Shown here one piece after another: positions 18,916-26,680 of a DNA stretch of 64,000 nt. The DNA lies in the IMG/VR virus record IMGVR_UViG_3300045988_098105, positions 1-64,000 of that record. The stretch is one strand, 5' to 3'. Source of the DNA: a virus. Under the pieces are notes generated by a model. It saw only the letters and a list, made by a program, of their open reading frames with translations, ran no database searches and was not told the DNA's origin. Positions within the stretch are counted from its first letter, which is position 1; the number at the start of each line of letters is the position of its first letter. The position numbers were made by a program, and so were the translations under genes.

Positions 18916-19227
18916 ATGGCGAAGATTAGCGAAGAACTGCAGATGATTGATTCGCTCCTGATGGAATTTCATGAGCGGATTCAGAGCGGAAGATGCTTAA
19001 CTAACAAACAGCAAAATGCTTTCATGTTAGATTTTCTGCACCGCATCGCCAATAAGGACGAACCTATCAGTAAGGCTGAGGCATGCGGCTACGTTCATGT
19101 TTCCAGGGCTACCTTTGACCGGCTTGTGAAAGAAGGCAGGCTTCCAAAGGGTAAAAAGCGGAAAGGATGGACCGAGCTAGTTTGGTACGAAAAGGATTTA
19201 GATGAATATATAGATAGATTGGTATAG
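18916..19227 (+). CDS. HTH DNA-binding protein (excisionase/MerR-like HTH_17 type)
   Basis: ISKAEACGYVHVSRATFDRLVKEGRLPKGKK...W matches the short winged-HTH of excisionase-family proteins. Confidence 0.5.
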   Translation: MAKISEELQMIDSLLMEFHERIQSGRCLTNKQQNAFMLDFLHRIANKDEPISKAEACGYVHVSRATFDRLVKEGRLPKGKKRKGWTELVWYEKDLDEYIDRLV

Positions 19228-19296
19228 ATTTTACTTTTTTATTTTTAGTTAGTTGTATTAATTAGGTTTTAAGTAGATTGTTTCATTGCAAAAAGA

Positions 19297-19331
19297 AATC
19301 CCCACTCGGCTGTGATAGCTGGGTGGGGATT
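19297..19331 (-). terminator. intrinsic terminator between convergent genes
   Basis: AATCCCCAC ... GTGGGGATT stem. On the minus strand it is followed by TCTTTTT, directly after the methyltransferase stop. Confidence 0.6.
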
Positions 19332-19340
19332 GTTGGTTAT

Positions 19341-19808
19341 TTATTTCATGAATGCCATCCAAATAGTTTGGTTCTTGATGGTGGTACGGTGTCCGGATAT
19401 AGGTTTGTAATCGGTGATTGCCTTTAGTACATCACTAACCTTTATCTGTTGCTCGTTCCACTTAAAAATGAGTGTTCCGTTTGTTTTCAGCACCCTCATG
19501 CCCTCATGGATAGAATCGTTGATGAATGCTTGCCAATTTTCTGGCAGCTTACCATATTTCTTGCATAGCCAAGAGTTCTGTCCTACTTTTAGCAGATGAG
19601 GAGGGTCGAAAACTACCATATTGAATGTTTCATCTTCGAATGGCAGATTAGTACAATCGGCTATCATATCGGGCTGTACGTCTAATTTGCGTCCATCACA
19701 TAATGTATCGTGATATTCTCTTATGTCGGTAAAAAGAACCTGTTGGTCATGCTTGTCGAAATAAAACATACGAGATCCACAACACATATCTAAAATTCTT
19801 TGTTTCAT
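19341..19808 (-). CDS. small SAM-dependent methyltransferase, probably DNA N6-adenine/N4-cytosine type (155 aa)
   Basis: Motif I-like ILDMCCGSRMF, then motif IV VVFDPPHL ((D/N/S)PP(Y/F/H)). Confidence 0.65.
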   Translation of the reverse strand: MKQRILDMCCGSRMFYFDKHDQQVLFTDIREYHDTLCDGRKLDVQPDMIADCTNLPFEDETFNMVVFDPPHLLKVGQNSWLCKKYGKLPENWQAFINDSIHEGMRVLKTNGTLIFKWNEQQIKVSDVLKAITDYKPISGHRTTIKNQTIWMAFMK

Positions 19809-19811
19809 ACG

Positions 19812-19964
19812 CTATCTTTTTGTTAGTTTAATTGCCTTTATAAGGCGATGATCGCCTGCTATTTTACCGGAATCTTTCTTACCATGGTAATAACCAAATC
19901 TATAAGCCCAATATCGGGTTTTATAGACTTGCTTTATTATCTTCTTAGCTAATCTAATCTTCAT
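19812..19964 (-). CDS. small basic hypothetical protein (50 aa)
   Basis: Found by hand: MKIRLAKKIIKQVYKTRYWAYRFGYYHGKKDSGKIAGDHRLIKAIKLTKR. The stop is TAG followed by CGTATG of the next gene. Confidence 0.35.
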   Translation of the reverse strand: MKIRLAKKIIKQVYKTRYWAYRFGYYHGKKDSGKIAGDHRLIKAIKLTKR

Positions 19965-20031
19965 ATCACTCTTATTTAAGTTTTTACAATAAATCCCAAA
20001 AGTGCTTATTTTATGTTTTGTGTTTCATTGA

Positions 20032-21051
20032 TTATAGCTTGATTTTCTCATTGATAGATATTTCTTTCTTGTCTAAGCCAGAGACCTTGATAAACTCCTC
20101 TAAGGTGAGGTCGCAATATTCGTCTATCCAGTCGGCTATATAATATAGGTTGCGTGAACCATTAATCATACCAAAAAGAATTGGGTCTGACTTCTTACGT
20201 CTGATTCTCTCCTCTTCCTCCTTCGTCAGCTTGTATGATTTCAGGTCTGGGTCGTAGTATAGGACACAATAATTGTCGAATACAAGAACAGAGTCTGCCT
20301 TTGTTTTCTTCTCATAGACTTCATCTGGAATGTTATGTGTAAAGTTCTTGATGTAATCAAGTCTCACTCCCTTTTCTGTCTTCTTAACGAAAGATACAAG
20401 CTGTTCCTCGGAAATCTTGTAATTAAACCCCTCTGCCTGAAGTATGCTCTCATACTTGTTGTTGAAGATTTGGGCAGAGAGTTGGTCGGCAAGGGCGGTC
20501 TGTCCCATATCGTTGGCTCTTTTAAGGGCTATCATATATGGCTTAATACGTTCTACGTAGTTCTTAGCACTCTCCTTAGAGGTTAGCTTTACCTGCTCGA
20601 AAAACTTGATAATATCTAGTTCATAAACAGTCTCTTCTTTCTTCTCCCGCTTCTCGTTGGTGAAGACTCTGATTAACTTCTTGATGATGTCAGGTTCCTT
20701 TTTCTTACTTTCTCTTGATGAAACGCTGTCACCTATAGGGGTAAGCATATTTTTGAATTTATCGGAATCGTTATAGACTCTGTCGGCAAGAGACTTACCA
20801 ATATAGATATTGAAGTCTTTCTTATCTAGATTGATGAAATCTAGAATTGATATTTGCTGGCGGTTGTCGTTGGCTGTTGGTGAAAATGGTTCTAAAGCCT
20901 CGCCTAAGGAACTACCACTTGCTTTTTTAGAAAGAGAATCCTTGTTGTCTTCTGTGATTTTGCTCCACTTAGGGAGATTTCTGTCAATCAGAAAATTCTC
21001 AGTAAAAATTCTGAGATAGCTTTCGCTACGGTCTAAAATATTACTTTTCAT
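20032..21051 (-). CDS. hypothetical protein (339 aa)
   Basis: Track ORF, Lys/Glu-rich. No motif recognised. Confidence 0.6.
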   Translation of the reverse strand: MKSNILDRSESYLRIFTENFLIDRNLPKWSKITEDNKDSLSKKASGSSLGEALEPFSPTANDNRQQISILDFINLDKKDFNIYIGKSLADRVYNDSDKFKNMLTPIGDSVSSRESKKKEPDIIKKLIRVFTNEKREKKEETVYELDIIKFFEQVKLTSKESAKNYVERIKPYMIALKRANDMGQTALADQLSAQIFNNKYESILQAEGFNYKISEEQLVSFVKKTEKGVRLDYIKNFTHNIPDEVYEKKTKADSVLVFDNYCVLYYDPDLKSYKLTKEEEERIRRKKSDPILFGMINGSRNLYYIADWIDEYCDLTLEEFIKVSGLDKKEISINEKIKL

Positions 21052-21069
21052 TGCTATTTTTATTAAATT

Positions 21070-21408
21070 TTACTTTCCTAACAAATCCTTGATTTTCTTT
21101 TCGATGAACTCATCGGAAGTTAGTTCCTTAATAAGTTCATCTATATCAGGTAACTTTGCATCAACTCCGTCTTGGTTTTTGGAGGAAACATATTCCTTTA
21201 GTACTTTCACCCAAGAACCATTAGCCATATCTGCCAATGAATCCTTTTGAAGCTCATAGGCTTTCTTTAACTCTCCGTTATCACGGAAATATCTGAGCAC
21301 TTCCGTCAATGCTGCAACAAAGTTCTTGTCAGACATCGGGTTGCTCTTTGCCTCTTCCTGTTTAAGCATTAGGAAGAGTAATGATGAATGTAAATTTGTT
21401 TTATCCAT
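21070..21408 (-). CDS. hypothetical protein (112 aa)
   Basis: Track ORF in the operon. Confidence 0.55.
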   Translation of the reverse strand: MDKTNLHSSLLFLMLKQEEAKSNPMSDKNFVAALTEVLRYFRDNGELKKAYELQKDSLADMANGSWVKVLKEYVSSKNQDGVDAKLPDIDELIKELTSDEFIEKKIKDLLGK

Positions 21409-21410
21409 AA

Positions 21411-21692
21411 CTATTCTTCGTTACATAAAGTTTCTACTACCTTTGTTCTTGTGGTTTTTGTTGCAGGGTCATATTCGTCATGAAGAGCCTTTGCCACACC
21501 TTTTTTGTTGGTAAAATAAACCACTCTGCCACCATCATAGAAACGATATACGGTTATACCATCAACAACAAATAGTTTCTCTACTTTAATTTCATTAATA
21601 GAGTCTGATGTTGGAACATTAATTCCTTTGTTCTCGTCGCAAGAAACGAGCAGGAATATAACCGATACAAATAATAATATAATCTTCTTCAT
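21411..21692 (-). CDS. small lipoprotein (93 aa)
   Basis: Signal peptide MKKIILLFVSVIFLLVSC with a canonical lipobox L-V-S-C. Confidence 0.6.
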   Translation of the reverse strand: MKKIILLFVSVIFLLVSCDENKGINVPTSDSINEIKVEKLFVVDGITVYRFYDGGRVVYFTNKKGVAKALHDEYDPATKTTRTKVVETLCNEE

Positions 21693-21695
21693 ACG

Positions 21696-21863
21696 CTATA
21701 ATTGCTTTAATTTATTGAATATCTTGGCAAAGCGGTGCATGTAATCAAAGTTTACGCTTTCACCATGCTCACTCACCATTCTGTTATATAGCCAACGTAG
21801 ATGCTCCGCATCCTCGTGGAACTCTTTAATATCCTGTTCGTCTAAGACTATTTGTTTCTTCAT
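21696..21863 (-). CDS. small hypothetical protein (55 aa)
   Basis: Found by hand: MKKQIVLDEQDIKEFHEDAEHLRWLYNRMVSEHGESVNFDYMHRFAKIFNKLKQL. It is flanked by the AGCGTATGAA junction motif at both ends. Confidence 0.4.
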   Translation of the reverse strand: MKKQIVLDEQDIKEFHEDAEHLRWLYNRMVSEHGESVNFDYMHRFAKIFNKLKQL

Positions 21864-21875
21864 ACGCTTTACTCA

Positions 21876-22037
21876 TTAAAACATAATTCTATTGTCCTTA
21901 CCTTTCAGAGAAGGTTTCTTGCTGAGAATGAACTTCTCTAAATCTTCAAAGTCTATCGGGAAGAGCGCACAATATTTATACTTTAATGTACAGACAAATC
22001 TTCCGTCGAGCATTATATCAAATACAAATGTTTTCAT
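21876..22037 (-). CDS. small hypothetical protein (53 aa)
   Basis: Found by hand. ATGA start/stop overlap with the upstream gene at 22034-22037. Confidence 0.35.
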   Translation of the reverse strand: MKTFVFDIMLDGRFVCTLKYKYCALFPIDFEDLEKFILSKKPSLKGKDNRIMF

Positions 22038-22405
22038 TGATTTCCTCCTTCATTTGGAAACAAATCATCAAGATAAAGCCACTTTTCTATAGGTGCTCTC
22101 TCAATAAATCCTTTCCAAGACTTGAAGTCTTTTACTTGGGATAATGAATAATAGTCGCCTATATTATAGTGTAGCAATATTCCTTCATTATATCCTTCTG
22201 GCTCTTCGCCAGCAGGATGCCACAAGTTCTTTAAGAACTCTTCTAGCATCCACTTAGCACCTAGTCCAATAGCTTCTTTGATGTCCTCTTTGTAGAACAT
22301 TTCTTCCTTAGCATCATTATCGAAGACTACTTCTTCGCCATTTAACAGGAATCTATCTTCATAGATTCCTTCCTTTGCAGCTTCTATTTTCTTATCGTCT
22401 ATCAT
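22034..22405 (-). CDS. hypothetical protein (123 aa)
   Basis: Track ORF with a 4-nt overlap with the upstream gene. Confidence 0.55.
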   Translation of the reverse strand: MIDDKKIEAAKEGIYEDRFLLNGEEVVFDNDAKEEMFYKEDIKEAIGLGAKWMLEEFLKNLWHPAGEEPEGYNEGILLHYNIGDYYSLSQVKDFKSWKGFIERAPIEKWLYLDDLFPNEGGNQ

Positions 22406-22620
22406 AATCTACCCTTTCTTTTTCTAAGTTCTAACATTCTCCTAGTTCTGCGGCTTTCCTTGCCACTAGGAGGGTTGCCAACAAGTTTTACTTCTGAGAT
22501 TTCATAATTCTTATAGATGGAAGCTTCTTCATTGAGTGCCTTAACTACTTCTTCTGTCAAGGCTTCTTTAAGTGATACACCAGTTGGTGTTACAATTATC
22601 TTTGCATCGTCTCTAATCAT
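22402..22620 (-). CDS. hypothetical protein (72 aa)
   Basis: Track ORF, tightly coupled. Confidence 0.5.
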   Translation of the reverse strand: MIRDDAKIIVTPTGVSLKEALTEEVVKALNEEASIYKNYEISEVKLVGNPPSGKESRRTRRMLELRKRKGRL

Positions 22621-22622
22621 AC

Positions 22623-23012
22623 TTACTCCTCCTCTTTTGTTCCATACTCCTGTTGTAACTTCTTGACCTCGTTCACGAACTTGCTGACATCAATATCACA
22701 ATCAATTACCTCTTGGTTGTTTTTGATGGCATCTTCTATCAGATGGGTGCATTCTTCGGTAAAACCACAGATATGATCACCTTCGATGGTGTAGAGATAC
22801 TTGTGGATGTTGTAGTATGCACACTGGCAGAGAGTTAAGCCATCAGAATTGAGGAGACCTCTTACTTCGGAATTATTGATGCGAAGGACAACCATCTTAC
22901 CCTTGCTTGAATAGTAATTGTAGTATTTGATGTGGTCTGCAACGATGATTGCTATAGCTACCAACAACAGGATAGCTAGCACGATGATAACATCTATTTG
23001 AATTGTATTCAT
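22623..23012 (-). CDS. hypothetical protein with N-terminal TM helix (129 aa)
   Basis: IQIDVIIVLAILLLVAIAIIVA forms a hydrophobic anchor. Confidence 0.5.
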   Translation of the reverse strand: MNTIQIDVIIVLAILLLVAIAIIVADHIKYYNYYSSKGKMVVLRINNSEVRGLLNSDGLTLCQCAYYNIHKYLYTIEGDHICGFTEECTHLIEDAIKNNQEVIDCDIDVSKFVNEVKKLQQEYGTKEEE

Positions 23013-23034
23013 AACTTCATTTTTTATTGTTTGT

Positions 23035-23700
23035 TTATCTTAATTCGTCCATTCTTCCGGGATTTTGAATGTTCAGTTCCTTGTTGACATCGTGAAGGCT
23101 AGCGGATGGCAATGTATGCGTATCGGGGTCTAAACCCTTCGACTTGCAGTAGTTTCTCCATGCCTCTATGCCATGAGGTTTCTTTGCATCCTCTATCGCT
23201 TTCTGTCGCTCCTCTTCTTTTCTGCGCTCGTCCTCTACCCTTCCACGTTCAAGCAGAAGTTCTTTTTCGTATGAATCAAGTGCTACCATTAAATCTTGCG
23301 GATTGATAGTAGTGCTGCTAGACTTGTCTTCATATTCATGCTTATACTGATACAGTTTTCCATACTTACCTTCCATTATCCTAATAAAGGCATAATCGAG
23401 TTCTGTTGTAGTCCAATAATAGTACTTTGTGCATAATCTCGTTGCAAGCATCTGTACCTGAAACTCCGTGACTATATCGAAGACTCCAAGAAAAGTGAAT
23501 AGTTCTATCAGCCTTCCCTTTACCCATCCGACGAGTGAGCGCAAGCCACCTTGCTTCTGTACGCTAAGCAAGGTGGTTGTACTTTTACATATAGCACTCG
23601 TAAAGGAAGCTGGTCGGACATAGTTCGGCTTATCCTTAATAATCGGAACAAAGGATTCTTGCGGCCTTTGCTGTGAGATTGATAGCTCGTTGTTGTTCAT
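23035..23700 (-). CDS. hypothetical protein (221 aa)
   Basis: Track ORF with no internal Met for about 80 codons, so the start at 23700 and the 65-nt overlap look real. Confidence 0.55.
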   Translation of the reverse strand: MNNNELSISQQRPQESFVPIIKDKPNYVRPASFTSAICKSTTTLLSVQKQGGLRSLVGWVKGRLIELFTFLGVFDIVTEFQVQMLATRLCTKYYYWTTTELDYAFIRIMEGKYGKLYQYKHEYEDKSSSTTINPQDLMVALDSYEKELLLERGRVEDERRKEEERQKAIEDAKKPHGIEAWRNYCKSKGLDPDTHTLPSASLHDVNKELNIQNPGRMDELR

Positions 23701-24118
23701 AATCTTGCTTTTGAATTATTTCGTCATTCCAGCACTCGCCATTAAGATAAGTGAGTGGGTCTTTTCTGTATACTGGGTCGGGCGTGGATGCTACGTAAAT
23801 AGGAGTAGCTTTCATGCAAGCTACCTTATCGTTAAGGCTTAACTTCTTCCACTTAGCCTCTGCCTTCTTGCGTCCTCGTTTTTTGTTGTAGGCATTCCAC
23901 CATTCTTCAAAAGTTGGTTCGAAAACCAACATCTGTTTTTGCTCTTCTTCAACCTCTAAGTCTACCGTCTCCACTTCGGCTTTGTTGTCGAACAACTCAG
24001 AAGGTTTGTAATACTTACCCGTAAGCGCCCATCTTGCACCGGCTTCAAAAGCATCTTGAAGAGGTTCGCTTTCCGAATATTTATTTGCCTCCGAATGGAT
24101 TTCCTTTAACGTTTTCAT
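23636..24118 (-). CDS. hypothetical protein (160 aa)
   Basis: Track ORF containing FEEWWNAYNKKRGRKKAEAKWKKL, a pattern common in small phage replication-module proteins. The family is not verified. Confidence 0.55.
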   Translation of the reverse strand: MKTLKEIHSEANKYSESEPLQDAFEAGARWALTGKYYKPSELFDNKAEVETVDLEVEEEQKQMLVFEPTFEEWWNAYNKKRGRKKAEAKWKKLSLNDKVACMKATPIYVASTPDPVYRKDPLTYLNGECWNDEIIQKQDYEQQRAINLTAKAARILCSDY

Positions 24119-24139
24119 AAGCTATATGATTTTGATGAT

Positions 24140-24571
24140 TTATACCCAACCGGCACCCGAGTTTTCGAGTTCCCGCTTGCAATATTGCAAACTTACTTGG
24201 TCATCGGGTTCCGGAATCATGATGCTGCGGACATTTGCGTAATCTATCACGTTTCGGATAACGCTGCTAGCCTCCGCTGTATTTAGGGAAGTGAGAGGCT
24301 TATATTTGCGGTTGCCTGTCTTGTCTACCTCATCGGTATAGAAGATGTAGCTGCAAACGTTGCGCTGAATATCACGAAGCGTTTCGTAGAAGGTTTGCCC
24401 TAGTTTTAGGGCGAGATAGCTAATCATGAAGTGAAGATAACTGGACTGCTTGTCGGTCTGAATGGGGTGAAACTTCTTTAGTTCGATATTATACCCACAT
24501 TCTTTAGCTTTCTGAACAGCCTTTACGATAGCTAAATATTCACGAGGATCATTAGGATTGTATACACTCAT
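24140..24571 (-). CDS. hypothetical protein, possible NinB/Orf-like recombination mediator (143 aa)
   Basis: Weak by-eye resemblance to lambda NinB (QTDKQSSYLHFMISYLA; TSLNTAEASSVIRNVIDYA). Its position next to RecT supports the guess. Confidence 0.35.
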   Translation of the reverse strand: MSVYNPNDPREYLAIVKAVQKAKECGYNIELKKFHPIQTDKQSSYLHFMISYLALKLGQTFYETLRDIQRNVCSYIFYTDEVDKTGNRKYKPLTSLNTAEASSVIRNVIDYANVRSIMIPEPDDQVSLQYCKRELENSGAGWV

Positions 24572-24581
24572 ATTATTATAA

Positions 24582-25298
24582 TTACATTAGATTGATTACT
24601 AAACCCTTGCAAGCATAGTCGGTTGGAACACCGAGGACCTGCTGGAATTTGTTTACGGCAACATCGGGGTTAAGATGGCGTGCTGAACCATGAATGAGGA
24701 CGATGCGCTTGGCGGTATTGGCTGCCTTGCATTCGTTGAGATACTCGATAGAGTGAGACAGACTCATGTGGGAAAGACGGATGCGGTCGGCTTGGCTGAC
24801 TATCGTCTTGCCTTCGTTTACGGCTTTTTCGAGAAGAGAATCATCATAGTTGCATTCTGCCAAGAAGTACCGGCACCCTTGAACTACATTTTCCATATTG
24901 TAACAATCGGTGAAGAACATCATGGTTCCCATTTCCGGATGATGAATGAGGAAAGAGAAACAAGGCACATCGTGTTCTACCTTCATCGGGGTGATACTGA
25001 AAGCACCTAGATGATAGGTCTGTTCTTTAAGCATACCTTTTACTCCCTTGCATTTCTCGGATAACTCTTCGGTAGAGTATGCATCGATTCCTGCTCTCAG
25101 AAAGTCTTTGGCACTTTTTGCATGATCGCCGTGGGAGTGACTGATAATCACTCCCACGCATTTTGATGTTTTGAGGTTTGCAACTTTCTTTACTTCCTGC
25201 AACGGACGACCGGCCTCTATACAGAGCTGCTGACCATTACTATCCTCCAGTACGTAGGCATTGCCAAGACTATTGCTATTTACGACTATTAACTTCAT
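24582..25298 (-). CDS. metallo-beta-lactamase-fold hydrolase, probable nuclease
   Basis: HxHxDH motif in VIISHSHGDHAKS, with further His/Asp positions (KVEHD, LIHGS). 1 nt downstream of recT. Confidence 0.75.
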   Translation of the reverse strand: MKLIVVNSNSLGNAYVLEDSNGQQLCIEAGRPLQEVKKVANLKTSKCVGVIISHSHGDHAKSAKDFLRAGIDAYSTEELSEKCKGVKGMLKEQTYHLGAFSITPMKVEHDVPCFSFLIHHPEMGTMMFFTDCYNMENVVQGCRYFLAECNYDDSLLEKAVNEGKTIVSQADRIRLSHMSLSHSIEYLNECKAANTAKRIVLIHGSARHLNPDVAVNKFQQVLGVPTDYACKGLVINLM

Positions 25299-25299
25299 A

Positions 25300-26202
25300 T
25301 TAACTCAAACTAAACTTTTGAGCCTGTGGCTGCTCATCATGTACTTCTTCGGCATTCACGACTTCGCCGGTATCAGCATTGACCGTGATAACGTTCTTTG
25401 CCTCGGCAAACTCCTCATCACGCTGAACGATGGCAGAAGGAGCCTCATCAAGGTTCGTGATGTCATTTGATTCGATAGAGAGTTCTCCCCACTTCGACAG
25501 GAGTCTTCTGAGAACAGTCTTAATGGCCATACTTTCGAAATTGGAATACCATCCTACGCCTTCGCCACTTCCGTTGGCAGCCTGCGTGAGAGCTATTTCC
25601 TTCAGCTTCTCAGCATCAACCTTGTCGCTGAACTTGACGGTAGGACTATACTGCTTTGCATAGCGGCATACCTCATCAAGAGTCATGTAGAGAAGTTTGG
25701 TAAGGCCATCCTTCTTCTTGAAGTAGGCGAAGTAGCCGATTGGAGTATTTGAAATCTGAGCACCCGAAAGGTCAAGCTTTCCTGTAACCTTGTCGTAATG
25801 GTTGAACTCGCCTTCGTATACGACATCAGCGTTAATCGTCTCGTACTTGCCGGTACGCATAGCCAACTGGAGATAACCCTTTGTACCGATAACGAGCGTT
25901 GGAGTCATTACTCCTTTGTTCTTGAACGGAAGGAGATACGCCTGTCCTAACTGCTTATTGAGAGGCAAACGAAGGGAGGCTGCTTTCAGAGCCTCAGCCA
26001 TCAAATCATTCGGTTTGCACTGGAGCAACTTTTCATCAGATGAAAAGATTTCCATAAGTGAGGTGCAAAAAGCACCTTTGTTCTCCTTAAGGGAACTCTG
26101 CAACAGGCTTTGGTAATAACTATTGTTCATTACCGCCTGAAAATTCTTAACTGCTACTGCCTTCTGAGAAGGCTGTGCTTTTGCTACTGCTGTATCTGCC
26201 AT
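25300..26202 (-). CDS. recT: RecT-family single-strand annealing protein
   Basis: LLPFKNKGVMTPTLVIGTKGYLQLAMRTGKYETINADVVYEGEF matches the RecT core. Confidence 0.8.
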   Translation of the reverse strand: MADTAVAKAQPSQKAVAVKNFQAVMNNSYYQSLLQSSLKENKGAFCTSLMEIFSSDEKLLQCKPNDLMAEALKAASLRLPLNKQLGQAYLLPFKNKGVMTPTLVIGTKGYLQLAMRTGKYETINADVVYEGEFNHYDKVTGKLDLSGAQISNTPIGYFAYFKKKDGLTKLLYMTLDEVCRYAKQYSPTVKFSDKVDAEKLKEIALTQAANGSGEGVGWYSNFESMAIKTVLRRLLSKWGELSIESNDITNLDEAPSAIVQRDEEFAEAKNVITVNADTGEVVNAEEVHDEQPQAQKFSLS

Positions 26203-26204
26203 GA

Positions 26205-26456
26205 TTACTTCTCCTCTTCTTTATGATTGATTAATTCCTTAGCGATACCAGCCAAGGCTATTATTCCCAAAGCAAGGTTAATTTCACCACTTTCCGAGAA
26301 AAGTTCTTTCGGATCAACCTCTACGCTATCGTGGCTATCTAACCACTCCTTTATCCGGTTCGAATCCGTTTCGTCCTTCATGCCTCCTCCTAACGCTAGA
26401 GTACCCTTGATAAGGTCTTTGTCAACCAACATTTCTAATTTTAAAGTTTCTGCCAT
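26205..26456 (-). CDS. hypothetical protein (83 aa)
   Basis: Track ORF in the operon. Confidence 0.5.
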   Translation of the reverse strand: MAETLKLEMLVDKDLIKGTLALGGGMKDETDSNRIKEWLDSHDSVEVDPKELFSESGEINLALGIIALAGIAKELINHKEEEK

Positions 26457-26461
26457 GATTT

Positions 26462-26680
26462 TTATTTACTTATATGTTTGATTAATTCTTCTTTTGTTTT
26501 AAACACTTCGCTTTCTTTCCTTGTTGGGAAAACTGCGAACTTATACTGAATAGAGCAAGGTGCCTCGCCTATCTGCTGAAAGAATACACCTACGATGTTT
26601 GCACGTCGGATTTTGTACCCATCGAGCAGATAGACTGCATCACCTATATCGAACTTCGTCTTGATTTGCATGAGTTTCAA
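26462..26680 (-). CDS. hypothetical protein (72 aa)
   Basis: Track ORF with a 4-nt overlap with the upstream ATPase gene. Confidence 0.5.
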   Translation of the reverse strand: MKLMQIKTKFDIGDAVYLLDGYKIRRANIVGVFFQQIGEAPCSIQYKFAVFPTRKESEVFKTKEELIKHISK

